DNA of 64,000 bases from an uncultured bacterium (GTDB taxonomy: Bacteria; Chloroflexota; UBA5177; JANWHV01), in assembly GCA_963827235.1 (NCBI GenBank), contig CAWHAE010000012.1, forward strand, positions 1 through 64,000, written 5' to 3'. A model generated the notes under the pieces. The model was not told the origin of the DNA, ran no database searches, and saw nothing but the letters and a program-made list of their open reading frames with translations. Positions 49,158 to 59,730 of the stretch are shown here, piece by piece; position 1 is the stretch's first letter; each line of letters opens with the position of its first letter. The translations under genes and the position numbers were made by a program.

Positions 49158-50539
49158 AGGGTCGCGCATACGCGAGGACTGGGCGACCCGTCGAGCTGGG
49201 CGAGGAGCTGAGTCGGGGCGGCGAGGCGGTAATCTACCGCGTCAAGAACGCTCAGGAGGTGCTCGCCAAGATCTACCAACCCGGCAAGGGGCCCGGCGCG
49301 GACAAGCTCGAATACATGGTTGCCAATCCTCCCGCCAACCCCACGGTCGCGCAGGGGCACAGGTCCATCGCCTGGCCGAGCGACCTGCTCTATGACGCCC
49401 AGAGGCTGCTCGTCGGCTTCACCATGCCGCGCGCGCCGGACTCCGTGCCTATCCTGCACGTTTCCAGCCCAAAAATGCGCAGACAGACCTTCCCCGGCTT
49501 CAGCTGGAAATACCTGCACGGCACCGCGCGCAACCTGGCGTCGGCGGTCGACGCCGTCCATGCCGGGTCCTATGTCATCGGAGACATCAACGAGAGCAAC
49601 ATCATGGTGTCGAATACGGCGCTGGTCACGCTCATCGACACCGATTCCTTCCAGGTACGCACCCCGAAAGGTGTGCACCGCTGCCTGGTCGGCAAGCCCG
49701 AATATACCGCTCCCGAGCTGCAAGCGATCAAGAGCTACGCCGAGGTCGTGCGGACCAGGGAGCACGACGAATTTGGCCTGGCCGTGATCATCTTCCAGTT
49801 GCTGATGGAAGGCCGGCATCCGTTCCAGAGCCGTTGGCTGCCGCGCGGCGATCCGCCGTCCCAGTCGGAGAAGATCAGCCGGGGACTCTATCCCTATGCC
49901 CGCAACCCGGCGCCCGAGATAGCCCCGGCTCCCGGCACGCCGCCGCTCACCAACCTGCACCCCGCGGTTGCCGAGCTGTTCCAGCGTTGCTTTGAGGAGG
50001 GGTCGGGCAATCCGGCCCTGCGCCCCAGCGCCGGCGAGTGGAAACGAGCGCTGGACACGGCGATGCAGACCCTGCGTGAGTGCGCCAACGGGCACGTCTA
50101 CGCCGACTACGACCAACGAGGCAGGTGTCCCTGGTGCGCATCCGCCGCCGCCGTGCAGCGGCACTCCGGGTCCACCGGCCTGCGCGGACTGCAGACTGCT
50201 CTGCCGCCGGCCTCCCCGGCAACCGCGATCTGCGCCGGCTGCCGGCACGTGAACGGCACCAACGACATCTATTGCCGGCGCTGTCTCCGGCCGCTGCGAG
50301 GTGAGGTAAGCTGCGCCTTCTGCCTGGCGTCCATGCCGCGCGGTGCTCCCTACTGCCCGTCGTGCGGCGTTCACGTGGCCTCGGGAGTGGCACCCTGTCC
50401 CCGGTGCGGTCGTCGCAACCAGCCGGGCACCATCTATTGCCAGCGCTGTGCCCGGCAGCTCGTGCGAAACGAACCCTGTCCATTCTGTCGCAAGCCAAAG
50501 CCACGAGGCGCGCCCTTCTGCCCGCGGTGCGGCAAGTGA
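49154..50539 (+). CDS. YegI-like protein kinase with C-terminal multiple zinc ribbons
   Basis: RGGEAVIY, AKIY, IAWP, VIGDINESN, IDTDSFQ, EYTAPEL, G.HPF; five C-terminal CxxC/CxxGH pairs. Confidence 0.92.
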   Translation: MKGRAYARTGRPVELGEELSRGGEAVIYRVKNAQEVLAKIYQPGKGPGADKLEYMVANPPANPTVAQGHRSIAWPSDLLYDAQRLLVGFTMPRAPDSVPILHVSSPKMRRQTFPGFSWKYLHGTARNLASAVDAVHAGSYVIGDINESNIMVSNTALVTLIDTDSFQVRTPKGVHRCLVGKPEYTAPELQAIKSYAEVVRTREHDEFGLAVIIFQLLMEGRHPFQSRWLPRGDPPSQSEKISRGLYPYARNPAPEIAPAPGTPPLTNLHPAVAELFQRCFEEGSGNPALRPSAGEWKRALDTAMQTLRECANGHVYADYDQRGRCPWCASAAAVQRHSGSTGLRGLQTALPPASPATAICAGCRHVNGTNDIYCRRCLRPLRGEVSCAFCLASMPRGAPYCPSCGVHVASGVAPCPRCGRRNQPGTIYCQRCARQLVRNEPCPFCRKPKPRGAPFCPRCGK

Positions 50540-50797
50540 GCGCAACGACCCTCACTCACCCGCGGTCGCGCCGCCGCGACGATCGTCGCACTCCCGTGCC
50601 CGCGATCCATGCTCCGGCCCTTCGCTTCGCCGATCCTGGGGCCGCGGCCGTCTCGGCCGCCTCCGGCCGTGCCCGGCATCGCTTTCATCATGGCGAGACG
50701 ACGACCCGCTGCGTCGCACCGCCCGGCCGGGCCCTCGACGCACCGCGCCGCTGTCCCTGAACGGTGAATGGCGCTAGACTGGCACGGGAGTAAGCAC

Positions 50798-51466
50798 ATG
50801 CGATGCCGGAACGGACACGTTATTCCAAACGATGTCAGGTTCTGTGCCCTGTGCGGCGCTCCCCGCCGGCGCACCCTGCTGCGCCGGACAAGCGTGCGGC
50901 TCGCCTTCTTTGTCCTGGTGATCGTGGCCGGCAGCCTGGCCGGCTTCGAGTGGACGTACCGCGACCGCATCTATCCCGGCGTACGGGTGCAGGTTCCGGC
51001 CGGTACCGTGAACACCGGCGGCATGACGGTCCGGGCGGCCGAGAAAGCCCTGCAGGCGTTCAGCATCAAGCAGCGATTCCGGATCATCCACCTCACCGCC
51101 CACGCCCACGCCGAGATTCTCGTGCCGGTGTATAAGCTGGGCTATGGTCTCGACGGCGACCTGACTGCCACCCACGCCTACGCGATAGGCCGGGACCGGT
51201 CGGCCCTCGACAACGCGCGCACGCAGTGGGATGCCCTGACGCGAAGTACTCGCGTGGCGCTCGTGCAGCGTGTGGACGTTTCCGTGCTGGATGCCTACCT
51301 CTTCAAGCTGGCGCCGTCGGTGGCGCTCCGCCCGCAGCGCACGGCGACGGGCAGGCGCCTCGACGTGGTGAGTACCGAGCGCGCGATCGCGCGCGCGCTC
51401 ACCACCGGAAGCACCTCGAGGATCCCGCTCAAGTTCATTACCGTCCCCCACCTGGCCGCCCGCTAG
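50798..51466 (+). CDS. Zinc ribbon + TM + putative peptidoglycan-binding (VanW-associated PG_binding_4-like) protein
   Basis: CRNGH...RFCALCG, TM helix, YRDRIYPGV.V....GGMT...A, LG..LD...TA..AY.IGR. Confidence 0.65.
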   Translation: MRCRNGHVIPNDVRFCALCGAPRRRTLLRRTSVRLAFFVLVIVAGSLAGFEWTYRDRIYPGVRVQVPAGTVNTGGMTVRAAEKALQAFSIKQRFRIIHLTAHAHAEILVPVYKLGYGLDGDLTATHAYAIGRDRSALDNARTQWDALTRSTRVALVQRVDVSVLDAYLFKLAPSVALRPQRTATGRRLDVVSTERAIARALTTGSTSRIPLKFITVPHLAAR

Positions 51467-51706
51467 GTCGAACATCAGCCGCGCGGGGCAGATCTGCATC
51501 GCGCCATCTGTGACTGGTGACCATTGCGCCATGCCGCACGGCCGTCGATCGGCGAATCACATTCGCTGCGTTGTCAGGGTAATGTACGGGTGTTGTTACT
51601 GCCGTGCTCGGCGAGCTTATGGCATCCTCGAAGACATGGGGGACGCCGTTGGGTGCGTCCCACGTGGTTCGAAAGGGAACGAGCGGTGAATCCCAATCAG
51701 GAGAGC

Positions 51707-52615
51707 ATGACAGACAGCCAGGTGCCGGCGCCCGAGGTCGCGGCGCTCGGCGCAAAGCTCAGAGCAATGGAAATCGAAATGCGCGCACTTCAGGCGTCAC
51801 AGGCAGGCAGTCGCGGAGCGATCGGCGGGCGCACCCCGCTGGGCAGGCTCGCCCGTGCCGGGGCCGTCGCCGGTCTTTTGCTGCTGGCGCTAGGGACGAA
51901 TGTCTTCGCGAGCATCCCGGATGGCGGGGCCGTCATCCACTCATGCTACGCCAAGAGCTCCGGACAGCTGCGCGTCATCGATACGGCGGCGCATGGGAAA
52001 TGCGGCAAATCGGAGGCCACGCTCACCTGGAATCAGGCTGGACCGCAAGGCCCTGCCGGAATGTCCGGTGCGGCGGGACCTGTGGGCCTCAAGTGGCTGG
52101 GTCAGTGGACCACGACAACTGCTTATCACGTCAATGATGCGGTGTTCGACAAGGGCTCATCTTGGATAGCCCTCGCAGCCAATACCGGCTCTGAGCCTAA
52201 CGCGGCGAACACGAGCTGGAGCATATTGGCGCAGCAGGGTTCCCAGGGGCCCGCCGGCCCGGTGCCCACGCCGGACATCGTGTACGCGAGCAATTCCGAG
52301 GTGGTGAAGGCGTTTGTGGCGCTGGATATTCGGGCCACCTGTCCCGCCGGAAAACAGCCCATAGCCGGCGGCTACCGCAGCGCCATCGACGTGAATCGCG
52401 CCAACACACTGTACATCATCTCCAGCTCACCCGTTACCGATGTGCAAGGCAGTAGCTGGTCTGTCGTGGTCGCCAATTTCGGCGACGCGAACAATCCCGC
52501 CTCGGCCGACACGGTAACCGTCTACGCCGTGTGTGCGACTCTCGGCGCCGGCGTCGTGCCTCCGCCTGCCGCCACCGCTGCCCCGACCGCCACTGCTACA
52601 GCCACCACGCCCTAA
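51707..52615 (+). CDS. Secreted/surface protein with short collagen-like repeats
   Basis: TM/signal segment, IP.G..IHSCY....GQLRVID, GPQGPAG, W.G.W..TTAY..ND.V, ATCPAGK..IAGG, VYAVCA. Confidence 0.7.
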   Translation: MTDSQVPAPEVAALGAKLRAMEIEMRALQASQAGSRGAIGGRTPLGRLARAGAVAGLLLLALGTNVFASIPDGGAVIHSCYAKSSGQLRVIDTAAHGKCGKSEATLTWNQAGPQGPAGMSGAAGPVGLKWLGQWTTTTAYHVNDAVFDKGSSWIALAANTGSEPNAANTSWSILAQQGSQGPAGPVPTPDIVYASNSEVVKAFVALDIRATCPAGKQPIAGGYRSAIDVNRANTLYIISSSPVTDVQGSSWSVVVANFGDANNPASADTVTVYAVCATLGAGVVPPPAATAAPTATATATTP

Positions 52616-52924
52616 GGGCAAGCCACTCCGTTACCCGCACTGGCAGTGCAGCGCAGCGAAGGCGCACCGGATGCCTCAACGGCTCATCCTGGGGAATCGG
52701 TCGCGCCTTGTGCGGAGTGAACTCCACTCCAGCGGGTTCTACCCCGGTCTGAATATAGTAAGCCTGTCACCACTTTGCTCGGTTGCCGGGTGAGAGAACC
52801 GCCAGATGGGCTAGCTCGAACAGGTCGTTGCGCGAGAAGAGGGCAACGCCTACGTTACGTAGGAGGAGACTCCGCGTCTCGGGCCCCGGCTGATGGTCTC
52901 GGAGCGTGGATGGTGGTGAGCACG

Positions 52925-53194
52925 ATGAAAAGCAGGCTGGCGCGCGCGGCCGTGTATCTGGCCGGATCCGCGCTGCTCGCGGGACTTGCGGCGGCGGTGC
53001 TGCCCCAGCCCGAGTTCAACGCGCCGACGCCGGGCTTGCTGCCCGGCCACGACCTGGATGCCGGCGCCGACGAGCCGCTCATGGCGACGGCCAAGCGCTG
53101 TTCGCGATGCCGTGCGGTCATTCCGCGCGCCAGCCGCTTCTGCGCCCTCTGTGGTGCCGCGCAGCTCCCGGCCCCGGGCAGCAGGCCGCAATAG
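52925..53194 (+). CDS. Small membrane protein with C-terminal zinc ribbon
   Basis: Hydrophobic N-terminus, CSRC....RFCALCG. Confidence 0.55.
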   Translation: MKSRLARAAVYLAGSALLAGLAAAVLPQPEFNAPTPGLLPGHDLDAGADEPLMATAKRCSRCRAVIPRASRFCALCGAAQLPAPGSRPQ

Positions 53195-53625
53195 AACGGC
53201 GCCCTAGCGCCCCGGCGCGCCTGCACGTGCCCGGGCGTGCCGCGCCACTGCCGTGCGGGCGAGATCCCGAGTCGTCTCCACGTACGTCAGCCGCTGATCA
53301 GCCTCGCCATGACGCGGCCCTCCAGGGCGTCATGATGCGTTCATGTCACAGGTATTACACTCGTGACGCTGGCGCACAGGATGCGCCTCGCCAACGGCGC
53401 ATCGCGGCGACACCATCATAGAGTGTTCTTCCTTCATCTTCACTGCCGCCGATGCAGACGATACAGCCCGGAAGCATTGCTTCCGGGCTTCTTCTATCGC
53501 GCGGCCAATTCCCCACCGGCAGGGCCACGGGAAGTGTGCGAAACATCAGCTCGGGGGCTGTGCCGGTCGTGTGTGAGCACGGACTGTCACGCCCCTGCCT
53601 GTCACGGGCGGGGCAACGCTTGCTC

Positions 53626-54393
53626 CTACAGGCCCGGGCTGCCCTGCATCAGTCCGCCGTCCACGAAGACGGTCGTGGCGGTCATGTAGCTGGACCCGTC
53701 GTCGCAGAGAAAGGCCACGACGGCGGCGATTTCCTCCGGCCGGGCAACCCGGCCCAGGGGAATGGCCGCGTTCAACTTGCCCAGGGCGGACGGATCCTGA
53801 AGCGTCGAGTTGTTGATCGGAGTTGCCACGGCGCCAGGACCCACGCCGACCACCCGGATGCCGTGTTTGGCCAGCTCATCGCCTGCCGTGCGGGTCAGCA
53901 TGCGCATGCCGCCTTTGGACAGGCAGTAGGGCGCGTTCCCCGGCATCGGCCAGTCTTCGTGAACGGAGGAGACGTTAACGATGCAGCCGCTGCTTCCCTG
54001 CGCGATCATCTGCTTGGCGGCAATCTGCGTGCCGAAGAAGGCGCTCTTCAAATTGATGGCCAGTACCTGGTCGTACTGCGCCTCGGTGGTGTCGAGCACG
54101 GAGGTACGGGTCTCGATGCCCGCGTTGTTGACCATGATGTCCACGCGCCCAAAGCGCTGCACCGCCGCATCGATCAGCTTCCGCAGATCGCCGACCTTGC
54201 TCACGTCGGCCTCCACGCCGAGCGCCGCATCGCCGAGCGCGGCAACCTGCCGTTCCAGCTCCGCCTCCGCTTCCGGATGGCTGACGTAGTCGATCACGAT
54301 GCGGGCGCCGCGCCCGGCAAGCGCCAGCACGATGGCGGCTCCGATGCCGCTATTCCCTCCGGTGACGATAGCCACCTTGCCCTGCAGGCCCAT
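53626..54393 (-). CDS. SDR oxidoreductase (glucose 1-dehydrogenase-like)
   Basis: TGGNSGIG, NNAG, SSVHE..P, YCLSKGG, GPGAVATPIN. Confidence 0.92.
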   Translation of the reverse strand: MGLQGKVAIVTGGNSGIGAAIVLALAGRGARIVIDYVSHPEAEAELERQVAALGDAALGVEADVSKVGDLRKLIDAAVQRFGRVDIMVNNAGIETRTSVLDTTEAQYDQVLAINLKSAFFGTQIAAKQMIAQGSSGCIVNVSSVHEDWPMPGNAPYCLSKGGMRMLTRTAGDELAKHGIRVVGVGPGAVATPINNSTLQDPSALGKLNAAIPLGRVARPEEIAAVVAFLCDDGSSYMTATTVFVDGGLMQGSPGL

Positions 54394-54931
54394 TCCGGCG
54401 TCCCCTTCCGCGCTCGCGACACAGTGCATGCTATGTGGCATGGTACCAAGGGCCCGCCTAACGCCGCGCCTCATTCTGCCGGCGAAATCCAAGGAGCATC
54501 CACCCCCGCGACCGCGGACATGATGCCCGCTGCCGTCGGCCACCGCGCGGTGCCCGTTCTCGGGACCGGACATCTTGTCCGCCCCGCCGGCGGTCCCAGG
54601 AGCGTGGGCTTCTCGGTGCCATGGGCAGCCCTCCTACGAGGGCGATGGAGTGCCTTCACCCGGGACGGCAGTCCCCCACCCGCTGCCATGACGCGATCGC
54701 AATCGCAGGTTACCGCCCCTCGTCCCTGCCATCCACAGCTGGAGGCTCATCGAGCTCGCTGTGCCGCATATGCAAGCGGGAAGGACCATTGTCAGGCCAA
54801 GGTGGAGCCCGCGGGGGCGGAGTGTACTCCGCGCTTGGTGGGGCATGAGACTCCCCACGATGAATCGTGCTGCATCGTATGCGAGCGCTGCCAATGTAGG
54901 TCCCGGCGTGGCCTGCCTTCAGGAGAAGACG

Positions 54932-55990
54932 CTACCGCTGGGTTCGAGGCGCCTGCACCTCGGGCGCGTGAGCCGCGCCGGTGTAGCCGGATGGCCACGA
55001 CTGGCCGGCCCGGGTCGCGGGCTCCGCGGAGGTGCTTCGGCCCTCCTGCCCGGCCATCGGATCCTGCAGGTAGGTGGCCACCAGGGTCACCTGCAGCTCA
55101 CCCTTCATCGAGTCGTCGACCACGGCGCCGAACACCACGTCAGCGCCCGGATCGGCGATCTTCTGGATGATCTCCGCCACCTCGTTCACCTCGAAGAGCG
55201 TATAGTCGTTCCCGGTGATGTTCAGCAGAATGGAACGCGCCCCTTCGAGGGAAGCCTCCAGGAGAGGACTCCTGATCGCCTGGCGCGCCGCGTTGGCGGC
55301 GCGATCGTCCCCGGCGGCACGCCCGATGGCCATGAAGGCGGTGCCCGCGTTGGCCATCACGCTCCTGATGTCCGCTAGGTCGAGGTTGATCAGGCCAGGA
55401 AGGGTGATCGTGTCCGATATGCCCTGGATACCCGCCCGCAGGACGTCGTCGGCGAGGGCAAAGGCCGAGCGCATGGTCATCTTCTTGTCGTTCAGCCCGA
55501 GCAGCCGATCGTTGGGAATGGTGATCAGTGTGTCCGAGCATGCCTTGAGTACCGTGGCGCCGGCATCGGCCACCTTGCGCCTCCTGGTGCCTTCAAAGAC
55601 GAAGGGCTTGGTGACGATGCTGATCGTGAGGGCGCCGGCTTCCCGTGCAATCGTGGCCACGACAGGCGCCGCTCCCGTGCCCGTGCCGCCACCCATGCCG
55701 GCGGCGATGAAGACGATGTCGGATCCCTGCAAGATCGACAGCAGCTCGTCGTGCGATTCTTCGGCGGCAAGCCTGCCCACCTCCGGATCGCCGCCGCAGC
55801 CGAGACCTTTGGTTACTTTGTCGCCGATCCTGACCTTGACGGCGGCCTGTGAGCTGAGCAGGGCTTGATTGTCGGTGTTGACGGCGATGGTCTCCAGTCC
55901 CTGTACTCGCTGATTGACGGTCCAGTTTATCGCGTTACACCCGCCGCCGCCTACGCCGACGGCCTTGATGGTAACCCGTGGGCTCTCCAT
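54932..55990 (-). CDS. ftsZ: Cell division protein FtsZ (stand-alone, lacks conserved C-terminal peptide)
   Basis: GVGGGGCNA, NTD.QAL, AGMGGGTGTGAAP, KPF.FEG, PND, GLINLD.AD, VTLVAT. Confidence 0.95.
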   Translation of the reverse strand: MESPRVTIKAVGVGGGGCNAINWTVNQRVQGLETIAVNTDNQALLSSQAAVKVRIGDKVTKGLGCGGDPEVGRLAAEESHDELLSILQGSDIVFIAAGMGGGTGTGAAPVVATIAREAGALTISIVTKPFVFEGTRRRKVADAGATVLKACSDTLITIPNDRLLGLNDKKMTMRSAFALADDVLRAGIQGISDTITLPGLINLDLADIRSVMANAGTAFMAIGRAAGDDRAANAARQAIRSPLLEASLEGARSILLNITGNDYTLFEVNEVAEIIQKIADPGADVVFGAVVDDSMKGELQVTLVATYLQDPMAGQEGRSTSAEPATRAGQSWPSGYTGAAHAPEVQAPRTQR

Positions 55991-56166
55991 TGGATCCGCC
56001 TTTCGCAACACGCGACCCGATCCCATGCGCACGTGCACATCGGTTGACTTTCATACTAGCACCGGGCGGGCAGCTTGCGCCGGATAACGGGGTACAGGAA
56101 GACCGGCTGCGCGCGGCCGGCAAGCCGCACGCGCTCAGCACACTCGTCATCCGGCGATCGGCTGCC

Positions 56167-56451
56167 TCAGGCGAGCCACATCTGCTCGATCACCACGCCG
56201 CGGCCGTAGTAGAAGTGTACGGCTTCCTGGCTCCGGCCGGAGGCAGCCATCTCCTGCCGTGAAGCGGCGACTTGCCCGGCGGCAGTCTGCTGCACCTGGT
56301 TCATGCTGAGGTGCCGCACACCGGCCATCTCGGCAGACGTCGGCCGCCAGAGGGCCACGGCAGCCATAGCCCGGCTGGCCTCGTCCTGTGCCTCCAAGGC
56401 GTCGGCCAGTATGTCGATGAACTCCGTGTGCCGAGCCGTTGCTCCTGGCAT
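56167..56451 (-). CDS. Small hypothetical protein
   Basis: AAAGG RBS-like before ATG; lies between the amidase and ftsZ. Confidence 0.45.
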   Translation of the reverse strand: MPGATARHTEFIDILADALEAQDEASRAMAAVALWRPTSAEMAGVRHLSMNQVQQTAAGQVAASRQEMAASGRSQEAVHFYYGRGVVIEQMWLA

Positions 56452-56507
56452 CGCCGAACCTTTCCGCTCGCTACCGTATTCGGCAGAAAGGGCCGGATCT
56501 TTAGTGC

Positions 56508-57584
56508 TCAGGCTTGCGAGCGCTGGAGGCCGGCCGGCGCGAAGAAGCTGTCCACGGCCTGGGCCAACCCGCGGGCGATCGCCTGCTGGCCGGACCCGCT
56601 GGCTGCGACGTCGGCTTCGCTGGGCCGGCTCAGGAACAGCGGCTCGATCAGTATGCCGGGCATCGTGCTTGGCCGGCTTAGCCAGCCGGGTGCGGCCGGT
56701 CCAAGCTCGAGCAGATGACCATAGCTTGCCGCCTCGGCAGTGTAGGTCGGCGTGCCCACGCTGCTGTCGTCCGCCATGCCGCGGTCCGGCACGGGCCACC
56801 CCGACGCATCGAATTGGGCGAGCACGTCGCGCTGCGCCAGGCCGGCCAGGCGCTCGTTGGCCGCGCTGAAGGGTCGAGCGCTATCGTAGATTGTCTCCGA
56901 GCCGCCCACCGTCGGGTCTGAAAAGGCGTTGAAGTGCAGCGAGATGAGCATGTCCGCGCGGGCGGCATCGGCGCAGGCAATGCGCGCCGCCGTGTCGTCG
57001 TGCTCGCCCGTGAGCGTGAGCTGCCCCGCGCCGACGTCATCCGGGGTGGCGACCGTGACGAGTCGATCGTCGATGCGCGACATCACCACGCGAAACCCGT
57101 CCGCGCGCAGATCTGCCAGCAGATCGAGGCCGGTGGCCAGGGTGAGCTGTTTCTCGTACACGGTCGCGCCGGCACTCGTGGAGCCGTACGTGCCCGAATC
57201 GACGCCGCCGTGACCGGGATCGACGAAGATGGTGCGGTGGCGGTCGCCGCGCACGGGGCTGAAGGCCAGGCAGGTTCGAGGCGCGGTGCCGGCCTGGATC
57301 GGCGTTGCGTCCAGCAGCAGTGCCTGTATGTCGCCCGGTCTCGCGCTCTTGCCGCCGGGACGTTCCGTGCTCGCGACAGAGCCGGCGCCCGTCGACATGG
57401 CGCGCAGACTGCTGCCCGCGAAGGAGACCCGCAGCGCCGCTGCCAGGCACAGCAACAGTGTGAGAACGCACGTCGAGAGCCGGGCCCATGGCGCCTTGCT
57501 CGCGGTCGCCGGCAGCCGTATGGCGCGGTCCCGCACGAGCACGGTCAGCCGGCGAGTCAGCTCCTGCCGCGGTGAGCGAATCAT
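56508..57584 (-). CDS. N-acetylmuramoyl-L-alanine amidase (Amidase_3)
   Basis: FVDPGHGG.D.G, EK.LTL, ISLHFNA, MPGILIEPLFLS. Confidence 0.9.
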   Translation of the reverse strand: MIRSPRQELTRRLTVLVRDRAIRLPATASKAPWARLSTCVLTLLLCLAAALRVSFAGSSLRAMSTGAGSVASTERPGGKSARPGDIQALLLDATPIQAGTAPRTCLAFSPVRGDRHRTIFVDPGHGGVDSGTYGSTSAGATVYEKQLTLATGLDLLADLRADGFRVVMSRIDDRLVTVATPDDVGAGQLTLTGEHDDTAARIACADAARADMLISLHFNAFSDPTVGGSETIYDSARPFSAANERLAGLAQRDVLAQFDASGWPVPDRGMADDSSVGTPTYTAEAASYGHLLELGPAAPGWLSRPSTMPGILIEPLFLSRPSEADVAASGSGQQAIARGLAQAVDSFFAPAGLQRSQA

Positions 57585-58744
57585 CTCCCAACCGCCGATA
57601 GCCTGTACACCACGCCTGCCTGATCGTCCGATATCAGCAGACTGCCGTCGGCCGCTACCAGCAGCCCCACCGGCCTTCCCCACACGCTGCCACCATTCGA
57701 GGGAAGCCAGCCCGTGACCACGTCTTGCGGCTGTCCCGCTTGGGTGCCGTGTACCGGAATGAACACCACCTTGTAGCCGGTCAGCTGCGAGCGGTACGCC
57801 GAGCCGTGGAACGCCACGAAGATACCGTTCCGATAGCGCGCCGGCAGCCGTGTCCCGCCATAGAAAGTCAGGCCGAGCGGTGCCGAGTGCGCCTGCATCG
57901 ACACGACCGGGCTGACGGTGCGCGCGCAATACCCGGGCGCCGAGGACACGGAAGGGTCTTTCTGCCCGTTGCCCCAACAGTACGGCCAGCCGTAGCTCGA
58001 TCCCTGCTTGATTATGTCAACTTCATCCGGGGGGATGTTGTCGCCCAGCAGATCTTCGCCGTTATCGACCGCCCACAGCCTGCTCGCACCCGGTTGCCAG
58101 GCCAGTCCGACCGCGTTGCGCAGCCCGCTGGCGTAGATGACGCCGCCCGTTCCGTCGCTCCGGTACCGCATGATCACGGCGCGGCTCGTGTAGTCGACGC
58201 ACTCGTTGCAGGATGAGCCGACCGAGACGTAGATGGACCCGTCTGGGCCGAAACTCAGCGTGCGCGTGATGTGCCGCCCGCCGGTAGGCAGGCTAGGGAT
58301 CACCACGTGCTCGCCGGACACGCTCACCGCCGCCGGATCGTAGCTCCATCGCGTAACCTGTCCCTCCTCCGCCACGTAGAGCGAGCCATTGCGGTAGGCG
58401 ACGCTGTGCGGAACGGTCAGGCCGCTGAGCAGGGTCGCGGCGCTGGTCGCCCGTGAGCCCCCGGACCGGTTGAGCAGCACGCTGACCGTGCCCGCGTACC
58501 AGCTTCCCACGAACACGTCGCCGCGCGGTCCCAGGGCCATGAACCTGGCGTTGGGCAGCCCGCTCGCGTAGAGCGAGACCTGCAGATCCGGCGGCGTCTG
58601 CAGCGTGTGCTGGCTGCCGTCGGGCAACGTAATGGTCGAGATGCCGGACGCCGCTCGCGCCACGGGCATGCCGGTGCCGGCATGCGGGAGAGCCAGCGTG
58701 GAGAGCAGGGTGAGAATGAGGATAGGCTTTTGCCAGTGGTTCAC
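57581..58744 (-). CDS. PQQ-dependent sugar/sorbosone dehydrogenase family, secreted
   Basis: Signal peptide, YVSVGSSCN, GLRNAVG, YGWPYC, AHSAPLG, FHGS, GRPVG, SDD. Confidence 0.9.
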   Translation of the reverse strand: MNHWQKPILILTLLSTLALPHAGTGMPVARAASGISTITLPDGSQHTLQTPPDLQVSLYASGLPNARFMALGPRGDVFVGSWYAGTVSVLLNRSGGSRATSAATLLSGLTVPHSVAYRNGSLYVAEEGQVTRWSYDPAAVSVSGEHVVIPSLPTGGRHITRTLSFGPDGSIYVSVGSSCNECVDYTSRAVIMRYRSDGTGGVIYASGLRNAVGLAWQPGASRLWAVDNGEDLLGDNIPPDEVDIIKQGSSYGWPYCWGNGQKDPSVSSAPGYCARTVSPVVSMQAHSAPLGLTFYGGTRLPARYRNGIFVAFHGSAYRSQLTGYKVVFIPVHGTQAGQPQDVVTGWLPSNGGSVWGRPVGLLVAADGSLLISDDQAGVVYRLSAVGR

Positions 58745-58881
58745 GGGTACTCACCTCCTGAGCATGGTGGCCAATCGCCATAGTCGGGACCGGCTTGGCG
58801 CGATGTGTTTCCTCCCTACCTACTCCGCATTGGTCCGAAGGCCGCGGCTGGGGAAGGCCACGCGCATGACGCCTGGGCTCG

Positions 58882-59730
58882 CTAGCCGCCGTTACTGGCG
58901 ATCTCGGTGCCGATCCAGCGCACCAGAATCGGGTTTGCGCCGGCGAGCGATGCCTGGCGCAGATAGGTGCGTGCTTCGGTCGCGTGCGCCAAGTGCGCCT
59001 CGTCCCAGGCCATGGCGAGATAGTGATAGGCGGTGGCGGCACTCGCCGGCGCGGACGCGGGAGTGACGTCCACCTGGTAGCCCTTCACCAGGGCCAGGTC
59101 GTGCTGATAGGCGTCGACCTGCCGCCAGCCCGAGGCGCTCAGCGACGCGGACACCGCAGCCTGGTAGGCCGGCGGGTACAGGACCATGAACGCGTTGTCG
59201 CGTAGGGCCCAGAGCCGCGCGAAAACGTCGTACGGGAGGCGGTACCCGGCGCCCAGGTACGTATCGTTGGTCACGAATACACCGGCGGCATCGTCGTACG
59301 CCTCCACGGGCCGCCAGTGTCCCGTGTTGTCGCTCGGGCCTACCGTCTGATGGACGATCACCGGGAGGCGGTGCTGGACGAGATACTTGATCAGGCGGGG
59401 GCTGCCGCCCACACCCATTAGCGTGCGCAGGCCCAGGCCGCGGGCATACGCCGGCACGCCGTAGGGCGTCGTGCCGACCACCGGCCCGTCCACGCGCAGC
59501 ACGGACTGCACCTGCCCTTGCGTGCGCGCTATGCCCCAGTAGGCGAGTACCTCGGCGATCGTCGCCGGGCCGCAATTGTTGTAGGTCTGCGGGATCTCGA
59601 TCAGAGGACCAAGGCTGGCCGCGGAAGGCGGGGCGGGTGCTGCTTCGGCGTGGCGAGCCAACAACGGGCCGCTCAGCGTCCCGCCAAGCACGCCAAGCAG
59701 GAACGTTCGCCGGCCTATCGACATGTTCAT
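58882..59730 (-). CDS. Tat-exported C39-like peptidase
   Basis: GRRTFL Tat motif, QTYNNCGPAT, GHWR, NDTY. Confidence 0.85.
   Translation of the reverse strand: MNMSIGRRTFLLGVLGGTLSGPLLARHAEAAPAPPSAASLGPLIEIPQTYNNCGPATIAEVLAYWGIARTQGQVQSVLRVDGPVVGTTPYGVPAYARGLGLRTLMGVGGSPRLIKYLVQHRLPVIVHQTVGPSDNTGHWRPVEAYDDAAGVFVTNDTYLGAGYRLPYDVFARLWALRDNAFMVLYPPAYQAAVSASLSASGWRQVDAYQHDLALVKGYQVDVTPASAPASAATAYHYLAMAWDEAHLAHATEARTYLRQASLAGANPILVRWIGTEIASNGG

Noticed and set aside
52731-52803. Imperfect inverted repeat (possible MITE or RNA hairpin)
   Set aside because: Weak pairing, single copy, no target-site duplication seen.
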